DNA of 64,000 bases from Paragordius varius (Eukaryota; Animalia; Nematomorpha), in NCBI GenBank assembly GCA_964247055.1, contig OZ176051.1, forward strand, positions 3,596,001-3,660,000, given 5' to 3'. This document shows, piece after piece, positions 1 through 14,070 of the stretch. How positions within the stretch are numbered: position 1 is the stretch's first letter; the number at the start of each line of letters is the position of its first letter. The notes beneath the pieces were generated by a model that saw only the letters and a program-made list of their open reading frames with translations, searched no databases and was not told the DNA's origin. The position numbers were made by a program, and so were the translations under genes.

Positions 1-159
1 GGAATCCCAATATAACTCAGAATCTGAAACCATTTTATAATAGTATAACGTATATTAAAAATATAATATTAGCCAAATATATAAAAGCTAACTTCTTATC
101 TCACAAATTTTAATATATAAATCCCAGATGTCATTCTCAAATGGCTTGAAAATATTATA

Positions 160-431
160 TATATCCCATTCACCTCAAATCACCCTTAAACACTTCAAAA
201 TCATTCTGCAACGGATCTTTTGAAAATTTCACCCTTAAACCCATCGAATTTACCTTCAACATTTCAAATCGACCCTAAAAAATGTGTTTTTTTGGCTAAT
301 AGGACATTATTGATATTAAAATATCAAATAATATTGGTAATTTTGATCTTAACAATATATTTTTAAAGCAAATTCGAAATGTTTAATTATGAATTTAAAA
401 TATGCAAGGGTGAATTTGTTTGAATGGTATA
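160..431. mobile_element. Small non-autonomous TIR element with inverted arrays of a ~20-bp motif (copy 1 of 3)
   Basis: Left end TATATCCCATT, right end AATGGTATA. The left arm repeats (tt)caaattcacccttaaaca-like units and the right arm carries their reverse complement. The same architecture recurs at 28220-28522 and 33024-33860. Confidence 0.5.
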
Positions 432-509
432 TTATCTTTCTTTGCGCTCAGATCGGGTATAAATTAAGTACAAATGTTGTTAAAGAATGTAATTATTATA
501 AATACGTAC

Positions 510-650
510 ATTTAGGGCAACAACATCCATATTCATCCACTTTTGTATGCGCTCGAATATCACAAAAATAATCTGTAGGGCAGATAATACCCCCTTGGAC
601 ACCACAAACTGCATTGGGAATGGCAGAAGCTTCTTTACACAATCTGCATA
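510..650 (-). CDS. Cys-rich exon resembling a lustrin/WR1-type module, probably a distal exon of the 4304-5963 gene
   Basis: Bounded by AG (651-652) and GT (508-509), phase 1 at both ends, open frame (V)CRLCKEASAIPNAVCGVQGGIICPTDYFCDIRAHTKVDEYGCCCPK. Its phase matches a possible donor at the end of ORF 4304-5677 (att g|gtatat). Confidence 0.55.
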
Positions 651-1189
651 CTATTAAATTGTATAGATCTAAATGTCAGTTTTTATATAATACAATTATT
701 ATTAAAGTGCCTCTTTAATCAATATTTATGATCATAATATATTTGAAAATTAACACAATATAAAGCTATATTATATTGGAAGTCGTAATATGTTCTATTC
801 AGGTAACATATAAATATAATTTGACTTTGAGAGAATCAAAATTTACCAAAAGGCCTGCATTTTTTATTTTCCTCGCAACACTTGTACCATATTTTAGTTA
901 ATAGTAGAATTCGGTAGCTCGTACTGAAGTGACGATGCTCATAGAAACATTTTCTTGCATTCACCTCTCTTTTATTTTGGCTATTATATCCCATTTTATG
1001 TTTTAGTATGATATCTTGGCTTTAAACAGTATAATATCAATGGTGTTTGCTTTTGACAATTCGAAAAATATCATTTTATTCCATCAATTTAAAATTTGCT
1101 TTAAGGTAGATTATCGCACTTAACTCCTGTAATTTTTTTCAGTTTTGATACAAAACGACAAATCTTATAATGGAACTTTTTTACTATAG

Positions 1190-2340
1190 GCTCATTGTGT
1201 CTTGACATAAGCTTATCTTGTTTTTTGGTAAAAAACACTTAAGAAGCACAATCAATTATTTTAAACGGCTTCTTTACATATTGCTCACCCCTCAAGTTAT
1301 ATATGAACATGCCGTAAAAACTGATTGTCTTTTGGGGAAACCATTTGTTAAGCCATTTTCCAATGTCTTCGAAATTAGTGAAGTGCTGCTTTGGGAGAGT
1401 GTGTCCCATCGATGCGAAGAGTTAATAGTCAAATGGTTCCAGGTAAGGTGACGGATGCGGTAGAATTTCCCATCGTGATTTTAGGGTGTTTATCGTTGGT
1501 TTAGCTATGTGAAAGGGAACATTGTCGTAACAAACTACCATCATGTCTTCTGACCCATTCTGTCGTTTTACGATCATTGTAAGGTTTTAAGTAATCCTCT
1601 GTTGGCGATGGCATTAAGTAACGGTATGACTGGGGTTCAGAAGTTTATAATACACAATACAGCACGGGATGATGTTCTTTCCGAAGCTATTAGTTGGTGT
1701 AGATGGACCGGCTTGGCAAGGTAAAAGCTACGATTTTTTTCGCTTTGAATTTAAAAATAAAGACACTTCTCATCACCGGTCATAATTCCATGATCAAAAA
1801 TTTTATTTCGCAATGTTAAAGCAAGATTTCACACACTTGTTCGATATGTCGTTCATTTAAATTGTATGGAAACCATTTACCGAGCCCATCGGTCTTTTCC
1901 ACTTGTTGGGGTGTATCCATTGTGTTTTGTTAAACATGTAATGCCTCTGCCAATTGCCGTTGAGTTTGAAGGTTATCATCCAATGACTGGTGCATTTTAT
2001 CGTCTTCGCAATTTTGTGGTCATACAGACCGCTTACTCTCTTTTGCAATCAAATCATAACTAAGTTTCACATATTTTAACATTTGTTTATAACATCTAAC
2101 TATGACATTCAACAACCTTTTTTGATAGAATAAGAAAAGTAATGCGCGCCGCAAAATTCATATTTCAGGCACAAAATTTGCCCTTCATGGTCGCATGATA
2201 AAAATAGGACGCTATTTGACGGAATCAACTTGTATGTTTTTGTCTCTTAATGTCATATTAACAAAATGGGAATTTTCGTATGCGTACGTTTCGCAGACGT
2301 CTTCTTTTAATTAAACCGGTAATATAACAACATCAGTAAA
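1190..2340 (-). pseudogene. Decayed mariner (Mos1/mauritiana-like) transposase
   Basis: Minus-strand frames, with stops and frameshifts, give FVPE..LRRALLF, DDNLQTQRQLAEAL, GKWFPYNLNER, GIMTGDEKCLYF, VYYKLLNP, DNVPFHIAKP, WEILPHPS, EPFDY.LFASMGH, QHFTNFEDIGKWL. These follow Mos1 motif order. TIRs are degenerate and the ends are approximate. Confidence 0.85.
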
Positions 2341-4303
2341 TATGGATTTTAATACATCTATTCACTAATTCATGATAGTATAGGTTGATTTATATTTATT
2401 TTGATTTGGCTAGATAATCTTATTCATTTAAAAATGTGGGTTTGATAAACCAATAAATATTCCATAAACATATTTAATCTCGCGGCCAGTTTTACATATT
2501 TCAAAAGAGTTTCAAGAAATGCAATCTCTCTCTCATTGTAATGAGGTTAAATAGTTGTACTTCTTCTTTTATTAATTTAAAGATAGTCTAATTAATTTCT
2601 TAAGGTGAATTTATAGCTATGATAATAACCACATAAATTAAAAATTTATTAACTAATACTTTGTATAAAATCAAATGTATAACAATATTAAATTAATACA
2701 AATTAGTTTAACATTGATGTGATTAATTGAATTGAATTAAGAGAGAAGAATAAAAGATCTAAAAATCATATTCTACAGACCGTTTCACAGTCCCAAAAAA
2801 TCATATATAGATAATTCACTTTTAATTGTATTGGTATTCTTATGTGTTTCCATTGTTTTAGGATTTAACTTATGTGGGCATAATTACATATTGTGAATAA
2901 TTGGTCTGATTGATTAAAAAATAAAAAATATTTTTTCAATATAGTAACGCCTTTCTCAGCGTATTAAATAGTGCGTTTACTGAGAAAGCAAAAATGATTT
3001 TGGATTATATTAACACCAAACTTGACACTTATTTAACCATATATTAGTCGATAATGAATTAATCCGAACATAGGCCAATTTAAATTCATGACATACAAGT
3101 ATTGTTTAACACTTTAAATAAAATCATCCAATTATGCTTTTCCATACAAATTTTACAACATACAAATTCCCGCGTTAAAAATATCCTGATAAAAATATAA
3201 TATACTGATAGATAAATGTTTGAGTCATTTAAGCGTTATTGGTAATTGCTCCATGTCGGAAATCGCAAATCTAGCCGCACATTATGCTCAATAAATTATT
3301 TTTAATAAAAGCTAAATTCTTCATTCTAAAGGATGATTTAATACAATATTATATGTAAAAAGCAAAACACTATATTAAATTTGAATATGGGCTCAAAGTC
3401 TCAAATTTTGAGAACTAGCTTTTTGACAATGAACGTAGAATGACAAGATCGTGGGACAACAATTTTAATATGTGGTAGATGATCATAATAAGTTAATTTT
3501 TAAAAAATGCATGCTTTGAAAAGCGTACTCAATGATATTATAAGCTTGGCAGAAACTAGAAAAAACTCTTTGGATATTTTCTGAGAGATTTAATTGGAGA
3601 TTCAAAATTAGGTATTTATACAAACATTATTATTTAACTTAAGTTTAAAATAAACGAGTCCAAATTCTGAGGAGATCAAAATAATTAAAGGCATTGAACT
3701 ATATGGATAAAGTGCTTCAAATATCCTAAGGCCGTTTTTACCATCCTTAAAAATATCATAAACTACGCTTCAGCAAAATTTAGCTAAAAATTAAACTTAT
3801 ATTGATGTCATAATCTAGCATTTATTAAATAATGATAATCCGCAAAAATTCGAGATTAGCCTACACATAAGATTTAAAATATAATACAAAACTGTTTTGC
3901 TTTATAAATATATATGTTTTAGCAATTTTTTGAATGAAACATTTAGCTCTCGCAAAAAACATTTAGCATGTGCTTTAATTTTGCGATTTTTTGATATGGA
4001 GCAATTATCACATGGAAATGACTTTCTTATTTTGACTCGTAATCCAAAACTAATACACCATGAGAACCCTAATACATTTTTTATCAAAATATATGTTTTT
4101 CATCGGCATATTTTATGTAATCTGTGTAACAATGCTACAAATCTTTTAATATCCGATGACCTTTTTATTATTTTTAAAATTTATTTTAAAATTCACCATT
4201 AATTTTTGGCCATTTAAAACTAAAATAAATTTATTATAAAACTTCTACCAATTATCGATTATTTAGGAAAAGATTTAGTATCCCGTTTGGTGTTATTATT
4301 AAA

Positions 4304-5963
4304 TTATATACCAATTTGAAATGATGGGTCTACAGGCAGCATTTTATCGCTCTGATATATTCGAATTCGATTAGGTCTTGGTTTTAACCGTTTTACTGAG
4401 AGTTTACTAATACGCTGCTGTTTGAGGGACTGAGTGCTTGGTATATTATGATGTTCGGATGCAAACGATGCATATTTAGGGCCGACGCCGCCCTGATAAG
4501 CATACCTAATATAATCTTTAATGTTATAAAGATTTTCACGGGGTCCTACATCCACAAAATTTGTATTGTATTCATCAGGTGTTGGTTGGTTTTGGGACTC
4601 AAATCGCAAATTATTTATTGAAGGGTAGTATTTATCTGCATATAAGGAATATTGATTTGGGCGGTTAAAGTTATTGGTATATTTCGACAATTCCGCTCGT
4701 AAAATTGAAGACAGATGATTCCGATATGATTGAGCTCGTTTGCTAAATATAAAATGGTTGTTAATGGTTTGTTCCAAAGGCGATATGATTTGTGATTGAT
4801 AAGCGTATCCCCTATTATCATCCTTTGATTCAGTATTCATTTGTTTAAATGCCGACCAAAGTACATTGGTATCTTGTAAATCCATATGTGCACCAATAGG
4901 TTCCTGTCCATTCATGTTTTCATCAACAAAATAATTCACATCTTGTGTTTCAGGTGTTGCAATAGTTGTGTCAGCATAATCACCATAATATACCACATCA
5001 TTTGAAAATGGTGTTGTTGTTGTGGGGCTGGTATATGCCTCAATTTGTTCCCAATCAGTAAAATCGTTTTCTGATTCCAATACATCAACATTTTCTGGAA
5101 AGTCATTTCTGCTACTTTTTTGATCCATATATATCGTGTTAGGTTCTTCATTGAACACATCGATATTTTCAACGTTCTTTTCTTCGGAGGATTCAATTTC
5201 ATTAACTTCTAATTCTGGAATTTGATTTTCTTGTTCGGTTTCAATATAATTGTGTTGAGTTGACAAGGGATAAAGTGGGAGATGTTCATTTGTTCGTTTC
5301 ATATTTTGTTGAAAATTATTATGATTATTTAAAAATGATGATGGTTGACCAGGCAGCTTTATATGTTTTTCATCATAGTTTTCATAAAAATTTGAGTAAT
5401 ATTTAGAATTGTCATTTATTTTCTCGTTATCTGGAAAATTTGGTATCATATTCATAAGGGGCGGTGGTGGTCGGTAGTTTTTATAAATTGAATTTTGATT
5501 GGAATAATAATAATTGTTTCGGTAATTTTCGTAAGGATTTGAATTATATGACAATGGTTTTGGAAATATGGGAGAATGGTAAGCAGTTTGATGATAAATA
5601 TGATTATTGATTCTGTAGTTTGGAGATGGCACTTGATACGAATCGGATATATAATAAGTCCAACAAACCACAATCAAATTTAGAATTGTAATAGCCTGTA
5701 TAATGAATAAAAATGTAATTATTTAGTACATTTTAGTAAAAAAGGAAATAAAGGAAAGCTTATAAATTATAAAACATCTAAAAAATACCCTTAACAATTA
5801 TAATAATAAATACAAAAATTTATACTTGTAAAAGTTTAGTTGCTGATTTCAGAAAGAGTAAAATGTTGGCTAAATATGAAGTGATATAAAAACGTTTCCT
5901 TATGCTAGATGCAGATTTTGTGGGATTTAAGTGCTTTATTGGGCCATTGCAGTATTGAGGCAT
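4304..5963 (-). CDS. Orphan protein with N-terminal hydrophobic segment and long Tyr/Asn/Pro-rich then acidic low-complexity region
   Basis: The 457-codon ORF extends upstream: ATG at 5963, exon 5963-5826, intron 5825-5696 (GT..AG), in-frame join LLQ|AITILNLIVVCW. The 3' end is either the stop at 4304 or a splice at ~4310. No family recognised. Confidence 0.7.
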
Positions 5964-8900
5964 GAGATAATTGTAGAAATCGAATGAAGATTTGACATGA
6001 ATGCTAAAAATATTTGCATTCAGTAATTTAGCGATGATCCCCCCTATATATTTTTAGATGATCTTTTTGATGTCCTTTTAAATAAGTTAATGATCGGAAT
6101 GGAATATGTGTTGAGACATAACACAATCAACTGGAAAAAAATTGTTTGTTTTAAAGAAAGATAGGAAGATGTGAAATAATGGAATATTAATTAGGGTTTG
6201 TTTTAACAGCATACCTATTACGATAAACCTATAAAAAATTAAAAATTATATTTTACATAAGTATCTAGGATAAATTTAAATATATGTATTAAAAAGCGGA
6301 ATAATTAAAGCAATAATTATTTTATTTATTTAAAATAATGATTATATATATATTATTGTTACATATTTGATATTTGCGAAAGAAGTTACATTTTTATTCT
6401 GCATAATTTACCGTTACTACTATCAATTAAACAATAACTTAAACAAACATTTTAATTTGATACATTTTAAACAACATAATTAAGGTATCAGTCGAAGCAT
6501 TAACTTGAAATGAATTTGATTTAAGGACCCTAAATTAAAATTTAATTTATATATATATATATATTATTGGCTACTGGGTCTCTATAATGATAATATTTGT
6601 GTGAGTTTTTACAATTAGATCCAAATTTGAAACTTTTTAACTTTAAGATAAAAATTAAAAATGATTTTAAAGTTAATTCTTTCTGCCTCTGTGGACCAAA
6701 AGATTTTTTCCACCTAAACTATATAATGATTGTTTATTTATTTATGATGTTTTTGTGGCAAGTTATTATTTTTTAAAACAAAAACAAACAAGAAAATACA
6801 AAACTACTCCCATATAACAAAAGCAGCATCGTCACACACAAAATGTGTTTTTTGATGATTGATTTTCCAAGGTTATCATTTTTACTTGATTCCTTTTCCA
6901 CACCTGAAAAAATATGAGATATTCCTTGAACATAAATGAATATGTATATAAAATCAGTTCTTGAAATATAATAAAATAAAAAAATTAACGGAACTCCTCA
7001 TTCTGTCATCTCACAGTAAAAAAAATTATTTTTTACGAAAACAAATAAAAGTATGCGCTTAATCGAAATATCCTTCAGGAAAAAAAAAGGTTTGATTAAT
7101 GGCATTTTTTCACGGAATTTAGTTTATAATAGTTTTTTATGGGATCTTAAGAATTTTTATTTATATACATTTAAGTAGAAACCTGGGAGTAGTTATGTAT
7201 TATGTATAAAGATGTTATTTTCAGAAAATTGTAACTTCTCATTAAATATTAAATTCTTCCTAATATTGGTTATAGGCTGATTGTTGTTTTCAAGTTTTTC
7301 TAGTATAGTAACGGTAAAGTAATAAAAATATATGTTAATGATTGCTTTTGCTAATAATTACATGACTTTATTTGAGATCGTAAACCTGCACAAAATATGT
7401 ATATTGATTGCTAACAATAAAATATTAAAACAGGATAATTGTGTCCAATATGAACTAATATTTGGAATATAGATAATCTGGGCTGGATTAAGGAAGTGAT
7501 TGATTTAACATAGTATAATAATTTTTCCGATTGATTAGGTATAAAAAAATATTTTCTCCTAAATCACCAAATATGGAAATAATAAATCAAGAATAGAAGA
7601 ACATTGGTTCAACATACAATTAAACAAAACTCTTAACATGGTACGGCCTTCTTAATGTTGGCCAAATATAAAAGTCTGGATTCATATACCTCCCCAAAAT
7701 ATAGGCAGAGATAAATCGCATTTATCAAATCCGTTAAAAGTTATGAAAAATTGGTTAACTCTAAACTTATTTAAATTTGACCGTTCTATCGATAAAAGTT
7801 TAAAATATAATAATTTTTTAATTTGTATTTATTGCGTTATTTATGTGTATAATAGGTTTAAAATGCATTAGTCAAAAAAACATATGACCACCTATTTTGG
7901 AGTAAGGAACTGAAAGGGGAAATCTTAAAAAATGGAATTGGGGTGGTTTTTATAGTTTTGAAACGAAACCAGACTGGTTCTTTAGAACATAAAAGCGAAA
8001 TCAGTTAGTTCTAACCCATTCAAACCATGGTCGAATTTGAAGCTGATGTTCTCGATTCGACCTTGTAGACTGCTACATAAAATATCATACTGATTACCTT
8101 AGGCTTTTCAGATATAATTTACACAAGTTAAGATATAACCGGTGCATAACTTTTTATGAGAGTTGAATAAATATATTATGATGAGTGGAGTCCATTGTAT
8201 ATAATTTAGAAGAACACAATTTAGTTAGTTATTTAGTTGTATTTAAAATGTGATATCTTAAAATTATTTGGAATACTTTTTGTTTTTGCTATATAATCTG
8301 TTTTGTCATCACTGATAAGGGTGAAGCAAGACTTTTGGAGCATTTACGCTCAGATTAACTTAAAAAACACGAAAATTGTTAAAACATTAAACTTTTACTT
8401 TTCATGATATTCTTTTGTACAAAATCTTTCTCCTATTCTAACCTATTAAAATATATAATTCAACGAAATTCAAGAGAACAATATATGGGACAAATTTGAC
8501 AATATAATATCTATGACATATCATAGTAACTATGTTTTTTTTCAAAAATATCAATTTAAAACTATTCTGTACTTTTTTTAGAAAAAATATTTCGGAAATA
8601 TGTTATTATTAATGACAAAATATATAATTTATATTTAACTTGCTATTGTTACTAAAAATTTATGATTTGTTATATATGTTAAAAATTATGCAACAATTTT
8701 ATTTTTTGACATAATTATTAAAAATATTGATATTTTGATTATAATTTTAATATGTTTTAATTACTGTTAAAATATATTGTTTATAAATTATGATAAAATG
8801 TAGAAATTAAATCATCATCGTTTTTTAATTGATTAAATAATATCAAATTTAAATAAGTTTGCATAATTTAAAATTGCTAAGTATCTATCTTAATCGTTTC

Positions 8901-9586
8901 ATATCATATCAGAAAGAGGTTAGAGATTCCTGGATAAATTTATATTTAATATTTTTAAGTATGTCAACTTAATTCATTATCTCAAAACTCATTATGTCTC
9001 ATGAATATAAATAGAGTAATGATTTTTATAAAAAAAATCAAAATCACACAACCACATATTATAGGGGGGTAGGCTAAATAATAGGAACAAGTCACTCCAT
9101 TGAGCACCCGTTGATGGTATTGAGATTATTAAATATATAATCTATATATTTATAGGCCTTAAAGTGTTTTGCATTTCACAAACATTCAATGATTTAGATA
9201 CGGCTTTTGTGCAATCTCCAGGTTGAATCTATAAAAAACAGTTATGGAACCGTTTCTATTTTGATTCCTGACTTTTCGTTTGATTTTCATACAACAGTTT
9301 CTTTATAATAATAATATATACCAGAATATCAAAAATTGTAAAGCAAAACATAATTTATTGGAAAAATTAAATATTAAATGTATAAGTACAATAAGTAAAA
9401 AAAATGTATTTGTATTAACGTATCTTAAAAAGATAATTCCACCATTCAATCTAGACTACTACCCCAGATTATGAATTTAGCTTAAAGCTAATTTTACGGA
9501 TACCTATATATATGTAGATCCGAATATTTGATGTTAAACACACATTATATAAACTTGTTTTTTATGATATTGGCTTGGCACTTAAT

Positions 9587-9615
9587 AGATAGATAGATAG
9601 ATACATAGATAGATA
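9587..9615. repeat. (GATA)n microsatellite
   Basis: atagatagatagatagatacatagatagata. Confidence 0.9.
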
Positions 9616-10062
9616 AAATTGTGTTGTAAGCCGCACTACGTACCGTTAATATGTAACCTTACATGATAATATTTATTTTTTCAAAATATATAGTCAGAAG
9701 AATGAATCGGAACCAATTACCAATATTTTAACTTCTTGGCGCAAATATTTTATTATTTTACAATATTATAATAAAATTTTGCTACCGTTCCTTACCCCAA
9801 TCATAAATATGTGTAAATATGGATCACTCATGTGATGACAATAATTATCTCATAGTTATACAATCAATTTTGCAAAATAATTTATGTTAATTTTATTTAC
9901 TTAAGCTAAATATTGTAGGTTTTATTTTACTTTAATCAACTAACAACTTTGTACACGAGTAAGACAATATTAGCGCGTTCCGGTAACTAGGCGAGGCTTA
10001 TATTAAAATATTTTTTTCAAAAGAATATTTTCTGCATATATTTTAACTGTGAATTAATTAAA

Positions 10063-10065
<3 letters not shown>

Positions 10066-10114
<49 letters not shown>

Positions 10115-10115
10115 G
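10066..10115. repeat. (TA)n microsatellite; similar tracts at ~31309-31357, ~39909-39955, ~44720-44746, ~59380-59405
   Basis: Directly visible TA runs. Confidence 0.95.
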
Positions 10116-10865
10116 TATATACATACATAATTAAATGGATTATTCAGTGTTACAAATTATTTTTTTCAAACTTGATTTAAATTGATAGAATACATTAGAT
10201 ATTATATGGGCAAATAATACAGACCTGCGCGCTAAAGTTATGCATATATTCAAAGTGATTATAATTTAGGTTATAGGTTAGGCACGACAATATAGTTTAA
10301 TTTGTATATATGAAGGTAAAGTTTATAGATTTACAAACAGTTAAAGGCAGCATTTGAACAAATAATTAGATTCAATTTATTTAATTAAATTTGATTTGTA
10401 ATGGTTTTAATAAATTATGTTATAGTGAGAAAAAGTAAAATTATTATAAAACAATAGACTATAGGACATATCATATGGTCTAAAATTCTTGTTGCCATAT
10501 TTTTTTATTAAATAAAACATTATATACAAGTCAAAGATAAAGTTAATTATTTTAAAATTTTGATAGTAAATTTTCGATATTTATTACTTTTAAAATCAGC
10601 TGTTTGTTTAAGACGATTTTAGAATGATTTGTATTTTTTTCGGTTTTTATATTTAAAAATTGGAATTATAAAATTGTTTATTTTTAAAATAGTTCCTAAT
10701 CTATTTTAAGATATTTTTACATAAAAGCATTTAAAGTATTTAGCGTTAAGTGCATAGTTTTGCGATCTTTGGATGTCCGATTCAAAAGTGGAAGAAACTT
10801 CCCAAATCCCTTAAGACTCAAAAAGCAACATAAGAATCATGATTGATTATTCTGATATATATATA

Positions 10866-11418
10866 CTAGCGTAAATCTCGTGCTGCTACGCAGCCCGAGG
10901 AAGTCCTTCGGACTTCTGGGGGGGCGGGGGGGGGGGTTATTTGAAAGGGACAATAAATTGATCTACATATATGGATTATTTCAAAACATTATTTAAAAGC
11001 TATGATCTCATAGGAATCCTAAAACGGTGCATTCATACTAATTTATTGTTTACTTGGGGGAAAAAAATTATTTTTGTGGACTTTATTTTTTGAAAAAAAT
11101 GGCATTTTACGGGGGTAGCGGGTAAAAAGAGGGCCTAAATCAAAAATGTGAGTCGACTATGTCAGCGCGATCAAAAATAAGTAAACAAAAATCATATTTG
11201 AAATTGAATGGTCCAACACGTTCTCCAAAAAATTGACTTAACCCATTTTTCACACGGGGTGGGCCCGAACTGGGGACCTAATTCCAAAAAAGGGCGAAGC
11301 TATTGTCGGGGCATTCATTAATGATTATATTTTTTCGATGTTTGGATATGAATGGGTCTACCAGTTTTCCTGTACCAGATCACAAAGCCAGCATTTTCCA
11401 TTTTTATAAATATATAGA
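10866..11418 (-). mobile_element. Non-autonomous Helitron family A, copy 1 (553 bp, no internal array)
   Basis: On the minus strand it starts TCTATATATTTATAAAAATGGAAAATGCTGG and ends with hairpin CTCGGGCTGCGTAGCAGCACGAG, a short spacer and CTAG. Inserted between A and T with no TSD. Confidence 0.9.
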
Positions 11419-11511
11419 TTTAATCATGATATCCCAAAATGTGAGCCCTTGTTTTATAAATTCAAAAAGTCGATATCAGCGATAAAAATCTGTTATTATA
11501 ACAGATTAACT

Positions 11512-11552
11512 AGTGGTACTCAAACTGCAGACGGGGCGCATGCGGCCCTAAA
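11512..11552 (+). mobile_element. Possible hAT/Charlie-like terminus relic
   Basis: TAGTGGTACTCAAACTGCAGACGGGGCGCATGCGGCCC resembles Charlie-type ends (CAGGGGT.TCAAACT...CATGCGGCCC). No partner TIR found. Similar starts occur near 29199 and 58369. Confidence 0.3.
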
Positions 11553-11925
11553 AGTGCATTTTGGCCCTAAATTCTTTATTAAATTTTTGTATATACCTGT
11601 TTTGAGTTCAAATATCCATAAATGAGTCAAGCAGCTAAGAAATTTTTATCGGTGTTACAAGGTAAACGGCCCTTGAAACAAGATAAATATTTTTTGCGGT
11701 CATATTTTATTGTGAGTGCTATTGGATTAGATGAGGGGTTTCAACAAGCGCCTCGCTAAAAATTTGAAAATCCATGATGAACAAAATATGCAAACAATAT
11801 TTTTAAATAATTAATATAACTTAATAATTTTTCTAAATTAATCTATCTAATTGGCAGGAAGTATAAAAATTGCTATATTGTGTTTACAGTCTTGTGTTTG
11901 AAATCTAAAAAATAACGCCCTTATA

Positions 11926-12110
11926 CACTGCGTCCGAAATCAGGGGGTATAAAAAATTAACCTTTTAAAATATACATATATATATTCTGATAGGAAAATG
12001 TATCAGGATTATCAAAATGCTTTTGGTGTTGGCCTTACGAGTGTTTTAAGAAAGTTATTTACACTATTGTGGTAGGTAGATTATAACAAATAATGAAAAA
12101 ATTTGCGCTT
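11926..12110 (+). repeat. TA|CACTG Tc1-like terminus followed by a dispersed ~130-bp repeat unit
   Basis: The unit (atcaggat.atc...tgcttttgg..ttggccttacgagtg...ccatatcagaaat) recurs at ~39970-40090, ~40140-40250 and, reversed, at ~3985-4085 and ~43030-43140. Confidence 0.45.
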
Positions 12111-12678
12111 TATAAATTTTTTTGGTGAAACTTGAGGCTTCATTCCAAAATATATCACTAAAATATATCATAAAACACAGATAAAAAATAAAACATACAT
12201 TTTCAAAAAATTATTTTTTAGATGCTGGCTCCGAAAGTCCCGAATAATTTACTAAATAGCTCGTCTTAACGCAAAAATGCCGGGATTGTGAGATTATATT
12301 TCAAATATATACTTTTTTCAAAAATTTAATTTTTAGCAAAATTTCATTAACTTCATACTATTTTGTGTCATGATGAAGCCGGCTTAAAAGCGTTTAGCAT
12401 ATTATAAAAACACTTTTTCTACATAATTCAATGATGCTGAACATCTCTATTCCTCTGAATTTTAATTTAAATGTTCTTAACATTTTGGTTCATTTTTATA
12501 AAAAAATATATATTTTATTTAATATATATTTTAAGACGGACTAAGATTTGAATCTAAATTCTGAGGGGATTGAAATGTTAACCATCGAATTATATAAAAA
12601 AATACTTTTATGATGTAAAAAGCGTTTTTGTGCTGTTTCCATCATACCTCAAAATATTTTGATGTATACGATTTTTAA

Positions 12679-13239
12679 CACTTTGATTCAAATTGGGGTA
12701 TTTAATTACCCCAGACTATATTTAAGGTGAATTTTTTAAAACTACTGAAAAAAAACTGTCCCAATTTACATTTATGCTACTATTCTAATGAAAATTATAT
12801 AAATAAACTGAAATATATAAATAAAATTTGTTTTTGAAAAAAAGTTCCATAAACTACTTCGATGCCATTTTTATTTTACAAAGTGTTTGCTAAATATCGT
12901 GTTTATTTGATTCAAAGCTAAAATGTAAACTAATTTTTCATATAAATCACATTTAACATTGATAGAAACAGAAAGAGTGGTTTATTTTGTTTTATTTTTA
13001 AATTTGGTTAATGTACACATATCAGGTTGACTAAATTTTTACCTTTCGGTTTAACTTAAAATAAGTAATATCAAGTATTTTTAAATGGAATTTTTTTATT
13101 TTTCGGTTTATTAATTTTACCAAATTTTGCCATCATTTTAATTCATTTAATATTTCTTGAAATTTTATTTTAAACAAGCTTCGGGCATCCAACTACCCCA
13201 ATTTATAGAAGGAGGAAATGAATGTGTTGTATCCAAGTG
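12679..13239 (+). mobile_element. piggyBac-like MITE family P, copy 1 (561 bp)
   Basis: TTAA at 12675-12678 and 13240-13243. Ends CACTTTGATTC / GTATCCAAGTG. Subterminal inverted repeat gattcaaattggggta / actaccccaatt. Confidence 0.85.
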
Positions 13240-14070
13240 TTAACAGCTAACTTTTGCTTTAAAATGTAAGTACTCATGTATTATCAATTAATTGCTTAGG
13301 GATCGACCTTGAGCGATTTTGTAAGCATGGAACGATAAAATTAGCCATTATTAACCTGTGACACACAATGCACATTTTAAAATTTACGACAACACTTCAA
13401 CACTTTTAGTGTGGTTTTGCAAATGGTGATTTTAAATGCAAATATTTTATAAAACATTATATTGGGCCAAATAGTGCATTCTTTAGCCTTTTAGGCACAT
13501 GATTTGATTAGATTTTTTAAACAAATGCAAAAGGTAAAAAAATATCACAAACCTTTTACCGTCATTTTCTAAAAATTAATGATATCGTTAATACAATGGG
13601 CGAATAAATGGATGTGAGTAAAAAATATAGTTATCCATACTGGACAGTGAATTTTCGATATTTATTGATTTTAAGTTTCCTCAATCCGATTTCGTGCTAT
13701 CCAATTTAGGGTTATAGATGTTAAACATAAAACTTTTGCTTTTAATTAAATACAGGAAGTTTTAAAATTTAATTTTAACGAATACATCTTTCTAAACAGT
13801 AGTTTAAATAAAAGTTTCATCACAACTATTCTCAGATGTAATCGTTGGCAAACTGAAGCAAATAAATACTTAAGTGCAAGGAATTGTCAAATATTCTAAC
13901 ATTAATGTATTGATCTAAACTGCAATCAAAAATTACAAATTTTAGGTTTATGTTTCAATGGAAGAAAAAATTATTTTTTTTATTTGCTTAGCATAAAAAT
14001 TTCTTCCAAATATGACCGCTCATTAGGATAAGGAATGTGTAGATAGATTTAACCATATGTTAGATAAAAA

